Assembly (NCBI GenBank): GCA_964016885.1
Contig: OZ024741.1
Coordinates: 9,548,001 to 9,612,000, forward strand
DNA: 64,000 nucleotides
Reading direction: 5' to 3'
Origin: Eledone cirrhosa
Taxonomy: Eukaryota
Of this stretch, positions 13,690 through 29,100 are shown piece by piece. The notes under the pieces are model-generated. The model saw only the letters and a list, made by a program, of their open reading frames with translations. It was not told where the DNA came from and ran no database searches. The translations under genes were made by a program, and so were the position numbers. Positions within the stretch are counted from its first letter, which is position 1. Every line of letters begins with the position of its first letter.

Positions 13690-16600
13690 AAAGGTACCAC
13701 AGTGATCTAACTAAAGGTACCAGAGTGTTGAAACTAAAGGTACCATGGTGTTGTAACTAAAGATACCACAGTGTTGTAATTAAAGGTACCGCAGTGTTGA
13801 AACTAAAGGTACCACAGTGTCGAAACTAAAGGTACGACAGTGTTGAAACTAAAGGTACCACAGTGTTGAAACTAAAGATATCACAGTGTTGAAACTAAAG
13901 GTACCACAGTGATGTAACTAAAGGTACCACAACGTTGTAACTAGATGTACCAGAGTGTTCAAACTAAATGTATCATAGTGTTGAAACTAAAGGTACCTCA
14001 GTGTTGAAACTAAAGGTACCACAGTGTTGAAACTAAAGGTATCACAGTGTTTAAACTAAAGCTACCACAGTATTGAAACTAAAGTACCACAGTGTTTAAA
14101 CTAAAGGTATCACAGTTTTGAAACTAAAGTACCACAGTGTTGAAACTAAAGTACCAGAGTGTTGAAACTAAAGGTACCACAGTGTTGAAACTAAAGGTAC
14201 CACAGTGTTGAAACTAAAGGTATCAGAGTGTTGAAACTAAAGGTACCACAGTGTTGAAACGAAAGGTACCACAGTGTTGAAACTAAAGGTACCATGGTGT
14301 TGTAACTAAAGATACCACAGTGTTGTAATTAAAGGTACCGCAGTGTTGAAACTAAAGGTACCACAGTGTCGAAACTATAGGTACGACAGTGTTGAAACTA
14401 AAGGTACCACAGTGTTGAAACTAAATGTACCAGAGTGTTCAAACTAAATGTATCATAGTGTTGAAACTAAAGGTACCTCAGTGTTGAAACTAAAGGTACC
14501 ACAGTGTTGAAACTAAAGCTACCACAGTATTGAAACTAAAGTACCACAGTGTTGAAACTAAAGGTATCAAAGTTTTGAAACTAAAGTACCACAGTGTTGA
14601 AACTAAAGTACCAGAGTGTTGAAACTAAAGGTACCACAGTGTTGAAACTAAAGGTATCAGAGTGTTGAAACTAAAGGTACCACAGTGTTGAAACTAAAGG
14701 TACCACGGTGGTGAACCTAAAGGTTCCACAGTGATGTAACTGAAGGTACCACAGTGTTGAATCTAAAGGTATCAGAGTGTTGAAACTAAAGGTACCAGAG
14801 TGATGTAACTAAACGTACAACAGTGTTGAAAATAAATGTACCACAATGTTGTAACTAAAGGTACCACAGTGTTACACCTAAAGGTACCATAGTGCTGAAA
14901 CTAAAGGTATCAGAATGTTGTAACTAAAGTTACCACAGTGTTGAAATTAAAGATGTCACAGTGTTGAAACTAAAGGTACCACAGTGTTGAAACTAAAGGT
15001 GCCACAGTATTGTAACTAAAGGTACCACAGTGTTGTACCTAAGTGTACAATAGTGTTGAAACTAATGGTACCACAGTGTTGTAACTAAAGTTACGACAGT
15101 GTTCAAACTAAAGGTACCACAATGTTGTAACTAAATGTACCACAGTTTTGAAACTAACGCTATCAGAATGTTGAAACTAAAGGTACCACAGTGTTGAAAC
15201 TAAAGCTATCAGAGTGTTGAAACTAAAGGTACCACAGTCTGGAAACTAATGGTACCACAATCTTGAAACTAAAGGTATCAGAGTGTTGAAACTAAAGGTA
15301 CCACGGTGGTGAAACTAAAGGTACCACAGTGATGTAACTAAAGGTACAACAGTGTTGTAACTAAAGGTACCACAGTGTTGTAACTAAAGGTACCACAGTG
15401 TTGTAACTAAAGATACCACAGTGTTGAAACTAAAGGTACCACAGTGTTGAAACGAATGATACCACAGTGTTGAAACTAAAGGTACCACAGTGTTGAATCT
15501 AAAGGTATCACAGTGTTGAGACTAAAGGTACCACAGTGCTGAAACTAAAGGTACCACAGTGTTGAAACTAAAGGTACAACGGTGTTGAAACTAAAGGTAT
15601 CAGAGCGTTGAAACAAAATCTACCACAATGATGTAACTAAGTGTACCAGAGTCTTGAAACTAAGGGTACCACAGTGATGAAACTAAATGTACCAAAGTGT
15701 TGTAACTAAAGGTACAACAGTGTTGAAATTAAAGGTACCACAGTGTTGAAACTAAAGGTATCACATTGTTGAAACTAAAGGTACCACAGTGTTGAAACTA
15801 AAGGTACCACAGTGTTGAAACTAAAGGTATAACAGTGTTGAAACTAAAGGTACCACAGTGATCTAACTAAAGGTACCAGAGTTTTGAAACTAAAGGTACC
15901 ATGGTGTTGTAACTAAAGATACCACAGTGTTGTAATTAAAGGTACCGCAGTGTTGAAACTAAAGGTACCACAGTGTCGAAACTAAAGGTACGACAGTGTT
16001 GAAACTAAAGGTACCACAGTGTTGAAACTAAAGATATCACAGTGTTGAAACTAAAGGTACCACAGTGATGTAACTAAAGGTACCACAACGTTGTAACTAA
16101 ATGTACCAGAGTGTTCAAACTAAATGTATCATAGTGTTGAAACTAAAGGTACCTCAGTGTTGAAACTAAAGGTACCACAGTGTTGAAACTAAAGGTATCA
16201 CAGTGTTTAAACTAAAGCTACCACAGTATTGAAACTAAAGTACCACAGTGTTGAAACTAAAGGTATCACAGTTTTGAAACTAAAGTACCACAGTGTTGAA
16301 ACTAAAGTACCAGAGTGTTGAAACTAAAGGTACCACAGTGTTGAAACTAAAGGTACCACAGTGTTGAAACTAAAGGTATCAGAGTGTTGAAACTAAAGGT
16401 ACCACAGTGTTGAAACGAAAGGTACCACAGTGTTGAAACTAAAGGTATCAGAGTGTTGAAACTAAAGGTACCACAGTGATGTATCTAAATGTACCAGAGT
16501 GTTGAAACTAAAGGTATCAGATTGTTGAAACTAAAGGTACCACAGTGATGTAACTAAAAGTACCACAGTGTTGAAACCAATGGTACCACAGTGTTGTAAC

Positions 16601-17390
16601 TAAAGGTACCACAGCGTTGTAACTAAAGGTAATAGAGTGTTGAAACTAAAGGTTCCACAGTGTTGAAACTAAAGGTACCACTGTGTTGAAACTAAAGGTA
16701 CCACAGTGTTGAAATTAAAGGTACCACAGTGTTGAAACTAAATGTAATAGAGTGTTGTAACTAAAGGTACCACAGTGTTGAAACTAAAGGTATCAGAGCG
16801 TTGAAACAAAATCTACCACAATGATGTAACTAAGTGTACCAGAGTCTTGAAACTAAGGTTAGCACAGTGATGAAACTAAAGGTATCACAGTGTTGAAACT
16901 AAAGGTATAACAGTGTTGAAACTAAAGGTACCACAGTGATCTAACTAAAGGTACCACAGTGTTGAAACTAAAGGTACCATGGTGTTGTAACTAAAGATAC
17001 CACAGTGTTGTAATTAAAGCTACCGCAGTGTTGAAACTAAAGGTACCACAGTGTCGAAACTAAAGGTACGACAGTGTTGAAACTAAAGGAACCACAGTGT
17101 TGAAACTAAATGTACCAGAGTGTTCAAACTAAATGTATCATAGTGTTGAAACTAAAGGTACCTCAGTGTTGAAACTAAAGGTACCACAGTGTTGAAACTA
17201 AAGGTATCACAGTGTTTAAACTAAACTACCACAGTGTTGAAACTAAAGCTACCACATTATTGAAACTAACGTACCACAGTGTTGAAACTAAAGGTATCAC
17301 AGTTTTGAAACTAAAGGTACCACAGTGTTGAAACTAAAGTACCAGAGTGTTGAAACTAAAGGTACCACAGTGTTGAAACTAAAGGTACCA
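13690..17390. repeat. Dispersed copy of block ~1640-5340 at ~12.0-kb offset
   Basis: GAACCTAAAGGTTCC 2697/14713, GTCTGGAAAC 3221/15237 and GTATCTAAATG 4465/16481 are all at +12016. GAAACTATAG 2332/14371 is at +12039 (one monomer difference). Confidence 0.8.
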
Positions 17391-19545
17391 CAGTGTTGAA
17401 ACTAAAGGTATCAGAGTGTTGAAACTAAAGGTACCACAGTGTTGATACTAAAGGTACCACGGTGGTGAAACTAAAGGTTCCACAGTGATGTAACTGAAGG
17501 TATCACAGTGTTGAATCTAAAGTTATCAGAGTGTTGAAACTAAAGGTACCAGAGTGATGTAACTAAACGTACAACAGTGTTGAAAATAAATGTACCACAA
17601 TGTTGTAACTAAAGGTACCACAGTGTTACACCTAAAGGTACCATAGTGCTGAAACTAAAGGTATCAGAATGTTGTAACTAAAGTTACCACAGTGTTGAAA
17701 TTAAAGATGTCACAGTGTTGAAACTAAAGGTACCACAGTATTGTAACTAAAGGTACCACAGTGTTGTAACTAAGTGTACAATAGTGTTGAAACTAATGGT
17801 ACCACAGTGATGTAACTAAAGGTACCACAACGTTGTAACTAAATGTACCAGAGTGTTCAAACTAAATGTATCATAGTGTTGAAACTAAAGGTACCTCAGT
17901 GTTGAAACTAAAGGTACCACAGTGTTGAAACTAAAGGTATCACAGTGTTTAAACTAAAGCTACCACAGTATTGAAACTAAAGTACCACAGTGTTGAAACT
18001 AAAGGTATCACAGTTTTGAAACTAAAGTACCACAGTGTTGAAACTAAAGTACCAGAGTGTTGAAACTAAAGGTACCACAGTGTTGAAACTAAAGGTACCA
18101 CAGTGTTGAAACTAAAGGTATCAGAGTGTTGAAACTAAAGGTACCACAGTGTTGAAACGAAAGGTACCACAGTGTTGAAACTAAAGGTATCAGAGTGTTG
18201 AAACTAAAGGTACCACAGTGATGTATCTAAATGTACCAGAGTGTTGAAACTAAAGGTATCAGATTGTTGAAACTAAAGGTACCACAGTGATGTAACTAAA
18301 AGTACCACAGTGTTGAAACCAATGGTACCACAGTGTTGTAACTAAAGGTACCACAGCGTTGTAACTAAAGGTAATAGAGTGTTGAAACTAAAGGTTCCAC
18401 AGTGTTGAAACTAAAGGTACCACTGTGTTGAAACTAAAGGTACCACAGTGTTGAAATTAAAGGTACCACAGTGTTGAAACTAAATGTAATAGAGTGTTGT
18501 AACTAAAGGTACCACAGTGTTGAAACTAAAGGTATCAGAGCGTTGAAACAAAATCTACCACAATGATGTAACTAAGTGTACCAGAGTCTTGAAACTAAGG
18601 TTAGCACAGTGATGAAACTAAAGGTATCACAGTGTTGAAACTAAAGGTATAACAGTGTTGAAACTAAAGGTACCACAGTGATCTAACTAAAGGTACCACA
18701 GTGTTGAAACTAAAGGTACCATGGTGTTGTAACTAAAGATACCACAGTGTTGTAATTAAAGCTACCGCAGTGTTGAAACTAAAGGTACCACAGTGTCGAA
18801 ACTAAAGGTACGACAGTGTTGAAACTAAAGGAACCACAGTGTTGAAACTAAATGTACCAGAGTGTTCAAACTAAATGTATCATAGTGTTGAAACTAAAGG
18901 TACCTCAGTGTTGAAACTAAAGGTACCACAGTGTTGAAACTAAAGGTATCACAGTGTTTAAACTAAACTACCACAGTGTTGAAACTAAAGCTACCACATT
19001 ATTGAAACTAACGTACCACAGTGTTGAAACTAAAGGTATCACAGTTTTGAAACTAAAGGTACCACAGTGTTGAAACTAAAGTACCAGAGTGTTGAAACTA
19101 AAGGTACCACAGTGTTGAAACTAAAGGTACCACAGTGTTGAAACTAAAGGTATCAGAGTGTTGAAACTAAAGGTACCACAGTGTTGATACTAAAGGTACC
19201 ACGGTGGTGAAACTAAAGGTTCCACAGTGATGTAACTGAAGGTATCACAGTGTTGAATCTAAAGTTATCAGAGTGTTGAAACTAAAGGTACCAGAGTGAT
19301 GTAACTAAACGTACAACAGTGTTGAAAATAAATGTACCACAATGTTGTAACTAAAGGTACCACAGTGTTACACCTAAAGGTACCATAGTGCTGAAACTAA
19401 AGGTATCAGAATGTTGTAACTAAAGTTACCACAGTGTTGAAATTAAAGATGTCACAGTGTTGAAACTAAAGGTACCACAGTATTGTAACTAAAGGTACCA
19501 CAGTGTTGTAACTAAGTGTACAATAGTGTTGAAACTAATGGTACC
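16060..19545. repeat. Near-perfect tandem duplication, period 1,742 bp (~76 monomers)
   Basis: TACCACAGTGTTGAAACCAATGG 16561/18303, AGCACAG after AAGGTT 16861/18603 and AGTGTTACAC 17622/19364 are all at +1742. Confidence 0.9.
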
Positions 19546-22500
19546 ACAGTGTTGTAACTAAAGGTACGACAGTGTTCAAACTAAAGGTACCACAATGTTG
19601 TAACTAAATGTACCACAGTTTTGAAACTAACGCTATCAGAATGTTGAAACTAAAGGTACTACAGTGTTGAAACTAAAGGTATCAGAGTGTTGAAACTAAA
19701 GGTACCACAGTCTTGAACCTAAAGGTACCACAGTCTTGAAACTAAAGGTATCAGAGTGTTGAAACTAAAGGTACCACGGTGGTGAAACTAAAGGTACCAC
19801 AGTGATGTAACTAAAGGTACAACATTGTTGTAACTAAAGGTACCACAGTGTTGTAACTAAAGGTACCACAGTGCTGTAACTAAAGATACCACAGTGTTGA
19901 AACTAAAGGTACCACAGTGTTGAAACGCATGATACCATACTGTTGAATCTAAAGGTATCACAGTGTTGAGACTAAAGGTACCACAGTGCTGAAACTAAAG
20001 GTACCACAGTGTTGAAACTAAAGGTACAACGGTGTTGAAACTAAAGGTATCAGAGCGTTGAAACAAAATCTACCACAATGATGTAACTAAGTGTACCAGA
20101 GTCTTGAAACTAAGGGTACCACAGTGATGAAACTAAATGTACCACAACGTTGTAACTAAATGTACCAGAGTGTTCAAACTAAATGTATCATAGTGTTGAA
20201 ACTAAAGGTTCCTCAGTGTTGGAACTACAGGTACAACAGTGTTGAAATTAAAGGTACCACAGTGTTGAAACTAACGGTACCACAGTGTTGAAACTAAAGT
20301 ATAACAGTGTTGAAACTAAAGGTACCACAGTGATGTAACTAAAGGTACCACAGTGTTGAAACTAAAGTTACCATGGTGTTGTAACTAAAGATACCACAGT
20401 GTTGTAATTAAAGGTACCACAGTGTTGAAACTAAAGGTACCACAGTGTCGAAACTAAAGGTACGACAGTGTTGAAACTAAAGGTACCACAGTGTTGAAAC
20501 TAAAACTACCACACTGGAGAAACTAAAACTACCACAGTGTTGAAACTAAAGGTATAACTGTGTTGAAACTAAAGGTACCACAGTGCTGAAACTAACGGTA
20601 CCACAGTGTTGAAACTAAAGTATAACAGTGTTGAAACTAAAGGTACCACAGTGATGTAACTAAAGTACCACAGTGTTGAAACTAAAGTTACCATGGTGTT
20701 GTAACTAAAGATACCACAGTGTTGTAATTAAAGGTACCACAGTGTTGAAACTAAAGGTACCACAGTGTCGAAACTAAAGGTACGACAGTGTTGAAACTAA
20801 AGGTACCACAGTGTTGAAACTAAAACTACCACATTGGAGAAACTAAAACTACCACAGTGTTGAAACTAAAGGTATCACAGTGTTGAAACTAAAGCTACCA
20901 CAGTGTTGAAACCAAAGCTACCACAGTGTTGAAACTAAAGTACCACAGTGTTGAAACTAAAGGTATCACAGTTTTGAAACTAAAGTACCACAGTGTTGAA
21001 ACTAAAGGTATCAGAGTGTTTAAACTAAAGGTACCACAGTGTTGAAACTAATGGTATCACAATTTTGAAATTAAAGTACCACAGTGTTGAAACTAAAGTA
21101 CCACAGTGTTGAAACTATAGGTACCACAGTGTTGAAACTAAAGGTACCACAGTGTTGAAACTAAAGGTATCAGGGTGTTGAAACTAAAGGTACCACAGTG
21201 TTGAAACTAAAGGTACCACAGTGTTGAAACTAAAGGTACCACGGTGGTGAAACTAAAGGTTCCACAGTGATGTAACAGAAGGTACCACAGTGTTGAATAT
21301 AAAGGTATCAGAGTGTTGAAATTAAAGGTACCAGAGAGATGTAACTAAATGTACAACAGTGTTAAAACTAAAGGTACCACAGTGCTGAAACAAAAGGTGC
21401 CACAGTATTGTAACTAAAGGTACCACAGTGTTGTAACCAAGTGTACAATAGTGTTGAAACTAATGGTACCACATTGTTGTAACTAAAGATACCACAGTGT
21501 TGACACTAAAGGTACCACAGTGTTGAAACTAATGATACTACAGTGTTGAAACTAAATGCACCACAGTGTTGAAACTAACGCTATCAGAATGTTGAAACTA
21601 AACGTACCACAGTGTTGAAACTAAAGGTATCAGAGTGTTTAAACTAAAGGTACCACCGTGTTGAAACTAAAGGTACCACAGTGTTGAAACTAAAGGTATC
21701 AGAGTGTTGAAACTAAAGGTACCACAGTGGTGAAACTAAAGGTACCACAGTGATGTAACTAATAGTACAACAGTGTTGTAACGAAAGGTACCACAGTGTT
21801 GTAACTAAAGGTACCACAGTGTTGTAACTAAATGTACCATAGTGTTGAAACTAATGGTACCACATTGTTGTAACTAAAGATACCACAGTGTTGAAACTAA
21901 AGGTACCACAGTGTTGAAACTAAAGGTACCACAGTGTTGAAACTAAAGGTACCACGGTGTTGAAACTAAAGGTATCAGAGTGTTGAAACTAAAGGTACCA
22001 CAATGTTGAAACTAAAAGGACCACAGTGTTGTAACTAAGGGTACGACTGTGTTGAAACTAAAGGTACCACAGTGTTGTAACTAAATGTACCATAGTGTTG
22101 AAACTAATGGTACCACAGTGTTGTGACTAAAGATACCACAGTGTTGAAACTAAAGGTACCACAGTGTTGAAACTAAAGGTACCACAGTGTTGAAACTAAA
22201 GGTACCACGGTGTTGAAACTAAAGGTATCAGAGTGTTGAAACTAATGGTACCACAGTGTTGAAACTAAAGGTACCACAGTGTTAAAACTAAAGGTATCAG
22301 ATTGTTGAAACTAAAGGTACCACGGTGGTGAAACTAAAGGTACCACAGTGATGTAACTAAAGGTGCAACAGTGTTGTAACTAAAGGTGCCACAGTGTTGT
22401 AACTAAAGGTACCACAGTGTTGAAACTAAATCTATCAGAGTGTTGAAACTAAAGGTACCACAGTAATGTAACTAAATGTACCAGAGTGTTGAAACTAAAG

Positions 22501-25500
22501 GTACCACAGTGTTGAAATTAAAGTTACCACAGTGTTGAAACTAAAGGTATCATAGTGTTGAAATTAAAGGTACCACATTGTTGAAACTAAAGGTACCACA
22601 GTGTTGAAACTAAAGGTATCACAGTGTTGAAACTAAAGATACCACAGTGACTTAACTAAAGGTACCACAGTGTTGATACTAAAGGTACCACGGTGGTGAA
22701 ACTAAAGGTTCCACAGTGATGTAACTGAAGGTATCACAGTGTTGAATCTAAAGGTATCAGAGTGTTGAAACTAAAGGTACCAGAGTGATGTAACTAAACG
22801 TACAACAGTGTTGAAAATAAATGTACCACAATGTTGTAACTAAAGGTACCACAGTGTTACACCTAAAGGTACCATAGTGCTGAAACTAAAGGTATCAGAA
22901 TGTTGTAACTAAAGTTACCACAGTGTTGAAATTAAAGATGTCACAGTGTTGAAACTAAAGGTACCACAGTATTGTAACTAAAGGTACCACAGTGTTGTAA
23001 CTAAGTGTACAATAGTGTTGAAACTAATGGTACCACAGTGTTGTAACTAAAGGTACGACAGTGTTCAAACTAAAGGTACCACAATGTTGTAACTAAATGT
23101 ACCACAGTTTTGAAACTAACGCTATCAGAGTGTTGAAACTAAAGGTACCACAGTGTTGAAACTAAAGGTATCAGAGTGTTGAAACTAAAGGTACCACAGT
23201 CTTGAACCTAAAGGTACCACAGTCTTGAAACTAAAGGTATCAGAGTGTTGAAACTAAAGGTACCACGGTGGTGAAACTAAAGGTACCACAGTGATGTAAC
23301 TAAAGGTACAACATTGTTGTAACTAAAGGTACCACAGTGTTGTAACTAAAGGTACCACAGTGCTGTAACTAAAGATACCACAGTGTTGAAACTAAAGGTA
23401 CCACAGTGTTGAAACGAATGATACCATACTGTTGAATCTAAAGGTATCACAGTGTTGAGACTAAAGGTACCACAGTGCTGAAACTAAAGGTACCACAGTG
23501 TTGAAACTAAAGGTACAACGGTGTTGAAACTAAAGGTATCAGAGCGTTGAAACAAAATCTACCACAATGATGTAACTAAGTGTACCAGAGTCTTGAAACT
23601 AAGGGTACCACAGTGATGAAACTAAATGTACCACAACGTTGTAACTAAATGTACCAGAGTGTTCAAACTAAATGTATCATAGTGTTGAAACTAAAGGTTC
23701 CTCAGTGTTGAAACTACAGGTACAACAGTGTTGAAATTAAAGGTACCACAGTGTTGAAACTAACGGTACCACAGTGTTAAAACTAAAGTATAACAGTGTT
23801 GAAACTAAAGGTACCACAGTGATGTAACTAAAGGTACCACAGTGTTGAAACTAAAGTTACCATGGTGTTGTAACTAAAGATACCACAGTGTTGTAATTAA
23901 AGGTACCACAGTGTTGAAACTAAAGGTACCACAGTGTCGAAACTAAAGGTACGACAGTGTTGAAACTAAAGGTACCACAGTGTTGAAACTAAAACTACCA
24001 CACTGGAGAAACTAAAACTACCACAGTGTTGAAACTAAAGGTATAACTGTGTTGAAACTAAAGGTACCACAGTGCTGAAACTAACGGTACCACAGTGTTG
24101 AAACTAAAGTATAACAGTGTTGAAACTAAAGGTACCACAGTGATGTAACTAAAGTACCACAGTGTTGAAACTAAAGTTACCATGGTGTTGTAACTAAAGA
24201 TACCACAGTGTTGTAATTAAAGGTACCACAGTGTTGAAACTAAAGGTACCACAGTGTCGAAACTAAAGGTACGACAGTGTTGAAACTAAAGGTACCACAG
24301 TGTTGAAACTAAAACTACCACATTGGAGAAACTAAAACTACCACAGTGTTGAAACTAAAGGTATCACAGTGTTGAAACTAAAGCTACCACAGTGTTGAAA
24401 CCAAAGCTACCACAGTGTTGAAACTAAAGTACCACAGTGTTGAAACTAAAGGTATCACAGTTTTGAAACTAAAGTACCACAGTGTTGAAACTAAAGGTAT
24501 CAGAGTGTTTAAACTAAAGGTACCACAGTGTTGAAACTAATGGTATCACAATTTTGAAATTAAAGTACCACAGTGTTGAAACTAAAGTACCACAGTGTTG
24601 AAACTATAGGTACCACAGTGTTGAAACTAAAGGTACCACAGTGTTGAAACTAAAGGTATCAGAGTGTTGAAACTAAAGGTACCACAGTGTTGAAACTAAA
24701 GGTACCACAGTGTTGAAACTAAAGGTACCACGGTGGTGAAACTAAAGGTTCCACAGTGATGTAACAGAAGGTACCACAGTGTTGAATATAAAGGTATCAG
24801 AGTGTTGAAATTAAAGGTACCAGAGAGATGTAACTAAATGTACAACAGTGTTAAAACTAAAGGTACCACAGTGCTGAAACAAAAGGTGCCACAGTATTGT
24901 AACTAAAGGTACCACAGTGTTGTAACCAAGTGTACAATAGTGTTGAAACTAATGGTACCACATTGTTGTAACTAAAGATACCACAGTGTTGACACTAAAG
25001 GTACCACAGTGTTGAAACTAATGATACTTCAGTGTTGAAACTAAATGCACCACAGTGTTGAAACTAACGCTATCAGAATGTTGAAACTAAAGGTACCACA
25101 GTGTTGAAACTAAAGGTATCAGAGTGTTGAAACTAAAGGTACCACCGTGTTGAAACTAAAGGTACCACAGTGTTGAAACTAAAGGTATCAGAGTGTTGAA
25201 ACTAAAGGTACCACAGTGGTGAAACTAAAGGTACCACAGTGATGTAACTAATAGTACAACAGTGTTGTAACGAAAGGTACCACAGTGTTGTAACTAAAGG
25301 TACCACAGTGTTGTAACTAAATGTACCATAGTGTTGAAACTAATGGTACCACATTGTTGTAACTAAAGATACCACAGTGTTGAAACTAAAGGTACCACAG
25401 TGTTGAAACTAAAGGTACCACAGTGTTGAAACTAAAGGTACCACGGTGTTGAAACTAAAGGTATCAGAGTGTTGAAACTAAAGGTACCACAATGTTGAAA

Positions 25501-26160
25501 CTAAAAGGACCACAGTGTTGTAACTAAGGGTACGACTGTGTTGAAACTAAAGGTACCACAGTGTTGTAACTAAATGTACCATAGTGTTGAAACTAATGGT
25601 ACCACAGTGTTGTGACTAAAGATACCACAGTGTTGAAACTAAAGGTACCACAGTGTTGAAACTAAAGGTACCACAGTGTTGAAACTAAAGGTACCACGGT
25701 GTTGAAACTAAAGGTATCAGAGTGTTGAAACTAATGGTACCACAGTGTTGAAACTAAAGGTACCACAGTGTTAAAACTAAAGGTATCAGATTGTTGAAAC
25801 TAAAGGTACCACGGTGGTGAAACTAAAGGTACCACAGTGATGTAACTAAAGGTGCAACAGTGTTGTAACTAAAGGTGCCACAGTGTTGTAACTAAAGGTA
25901 CCACAGTGTTGAAACTAAATCTATCAGAGTGTTGAAACTAAGATACCACAGTAATGTAACTAAATGTACCAGAGTGTTGAAACTAAAGGTACCACAGTGT
26001 TGAAATTAAAGTTACCACAGTGTTGAAACTAAAGGTATCATAGTGTTGAAATTAAAGGTACCACATTGTTGAAACTAAAGGTACCACAGTGTTGAAACTA
26101 AAGGTATCACAGTGTTGAAACTAAAGATACCACAGTGACTTAACTAAAGGTACCACAGTG
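19165..26160. repeat. Tandem duplication, period 3,489 bp (~152 monomers)
   Basis: GATAC 19186/22675, ACTACAGG 20224/23713 and CACTGGAG 20512/24001 are all at +3489. The offset drops to 3488 after a 1-bp-short monomer near 25941. Confidence 0.9.
20270..20860. repeat. Internal ~320-bp (14-monomer) duplication, itself re-copied at ~23.8-24.3 kb and ~27.0-27.6 kb
   Basis: CTAACGGTAC 20271/20592 (+321) and CACTGGAG/CATTGGAG 20512/20832 (+320). The same pair is present in the two downstream large copies. Confidence 0.85.
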
Positions 26161-29100
26161 TTGAAACTAAAGGTACCATGGTGTTGTAACTAAAGGTACC
26201 ACAGTTTTGTAATTAAAGGTACCACAGTGTTGAAACTAAAGGCACGACAGTGTTGAAACTAAAGGTACCACAGTGTTGAAACTAAAGGTACCACAGTGCT
26301 GTAACTAAATATACCACAGTGTTGAAACTAAAGGTACCACAGTGTTGAAACTAATGATACCACAGTGTTGAAACTAAACGTACCACAGTGTTGAATCTAA
26401 AGGCATCACAGTGTTGAGACTAAAGGTACCACAGTGTTGAAACTAAAGGTACCACAGTTTTGTAATTAAAGGTACCACAGTGTTGAAACTAAAGGTACCA
26501 CAGTGATGTAACTAAAGGTACAACAGTGTTGTAACTAAAGGTACCACAGTGTTGTAACTAAAGGTACCACAGTGTTGTAACTAAAGATACCACAGTGTTG
26601 AAACTAAAGGTACCACTGTGTTGAAACTAATGATACCACAGTGTTCAAACTAAAGGTACCACAGTGTTGAGACTAAAGGTACCACAGTGCTGAAACTAAA
26701 GGTACCACAGTGTTGAAACTAAAGGTACAACGGTGTTGAAACTAAAGGTATCAGAGCGTTGAAACAAAATCTACCACAATGATGTAACTAAGTGTACCAG
26801 AGTCTTGAAACTAAGGGTACCACAGTGATGAAACTAAATGTACCACAACGTTGTAACTAAATGTACCAGAGTGTTCAAACTAAATGTATCATAGTGTTGA
26901 AACTAAAGGTTCCTCAGTGTTGAAACTACAGGTACAACAGTGTTGAAATTAAAGGTACCACAGTGTTGAAACTAACGGTACCACAGTGTTAAAACTAAAG
27001 TATAACAGTGTTGAAACTAAAGGTACCACAGTGATGTAACTAAAGGTACCACAGTGTTGAAACTAAAGTTACCATGGTGTTGTAACTAAAGATACCACAG
27101 TGTTGTAATTAAAGGTACCACAGTGTTGAAACTAAAGGTACCACAGTGTCGAAACTAAAGGTACGACAGTGTTGAAACTAAAGGTACCGCAGTGTTGAAA
27201 CTAAAACTACCACACTGGAGAAACTAAAACTACCACAGTGTTGAAACTAAAGGTATAACTGTGTTGAAACTAAAGGTACCACAGTGCTGAAACTAACGGT
27301 ACCACAGTGTTGAAACTAAAGTATAACAGTGTTGAAACTAAAGGTACCACAGTGATGTAACTAAAGTACCACAGTGTTGAAACTAAAGTTACCATGGTGT
27401 TGTAACTAAAGATACCACAGTGTTGTAATTAAAGGTACCACAGTGTTGAAACTAAAGGTACCACAGTGTCGAAACTAAAGGTACGACAGTGTTGAAACTA
27501 AAGGTACCACAGTGTTGAAACTAAAACTACCACATTGGAGAAACTAAAACTACCACAGTGTTGAAACTAAAGGTATCACAGTGTTGAAACTAAAGCTACC
27601 ACAGTGTTGAAACCAAAGCTACCACAGTGTTGAAACTAAAGTACCACAGTGTTGAAACTAAAGGTATCACAGTTTTGAAACTAAAGTACCACAGTGTTGA
27701 AACTAAAGGTATCAGAGTGTTTAAACTAAAGGTACCACAGTGTTGAAACTAATGGTATCACAATTTTGAAATTAAAGTACCACAGTGTTGAAACTAAAGT
27801 ACCACAGTGTTGAAACTATAGGTACCACAGTGTTGAAACTAAAGGTACCACAGTGTTGAAACTAAAGGTATCAGAGTGTTGAAACTAAAGGTACCACAGT
27901 GTTGAAACTAAAGGTACCACAGTGTTGAAACTAAAGGTACCACGGTGGTGAAACTAAAGGTTCCACAGTGATGTAACAGAAGGTACCACAGTGTTGAATA
28001 TAAAGGTATCAGAGTGTTGAAATTAAAGGTACCAGAGAGATGTAACTAAATGTACAACAGTGTTAAAACTAAAGGTACCACAGTGCTGAAACAAAAGGTG
28101 CCACAGTATTGTAACTAAAGGTACCACAGTGTTGTAACCAAGTGTACAATAGTGTTGAAACTAATGGTACCACATTGTTGTAACTAAAGATACCACAGTG
28201 TTGACACTAAAGGTACCACAGTGTTGAAACTAATGATACTTCAGTGTTGAAACTAAATGCACCACAGTGTTGAAACTAACGCTATCAGAATGTTGAAACT
28301 AAAGGTACCACAGTGTTGAAACTAAAGGTATCAGAGTGTTGAAACTAAAGGTACCACCGTGTTGAAACTAAAGGTACCACAGTGTTGAAACTAAAGGTAT
28401 CAGAGTGTTGAAACTAAAGGTACCACAGTGGTGAAACTAAAGGTACCACAGTGATGTAACTAATAGTACAACAGTGTTGTAACGAAAGGTACCACAGTGT
28501 TGTAACTAAAGGTACCACAGTGTTGTAACTAAATGTACCATAGTGTTGAAACTAATGGTACCACATTGTTGTAACTAAAGATACCACAGTGTTGAAACTA
28601 AAGGTACCACAGTGTTGAAACTAAAGGTACCACAGTGTTGAAACTAAAGGTACCACGGTGTTGAAACTAAAGGTATCAGAGTGTTGAAACTAAAGGTACC
28701 ACAATGTTGAAACTAAAAGGACCACAGTGTTGTAACTAAGGGTACGACTGTGTTGAAACTAAAGGTACCACAGTGTTGTAACTAAATGTACCATAGTGTT
28801 GAAACTAATGGTACCACAGTGTTGTGACTAAAGATACCACAGTGTTGAAACTAAAGGTACCACAGTGTTGAAACTAAAGGTACCACAGTGTTGAAACTAA
28901 AGGTACCACGGTGTTGAAACTAAAGGTATCAGAGTGTTGAAACTAATGGTACCACAGTGTTGAAACTAAAGGTACCACAGTGTTAAAACTAAAGGTATCA
29001 GATTGTTGAAACTAAAGGTACCACGGTGGTGAAACTAAAGGTACCACAGTGATGTAACTAAAGGTGCAACAGTGTTGTAACTAAAGGTGCCACAGTGTTG

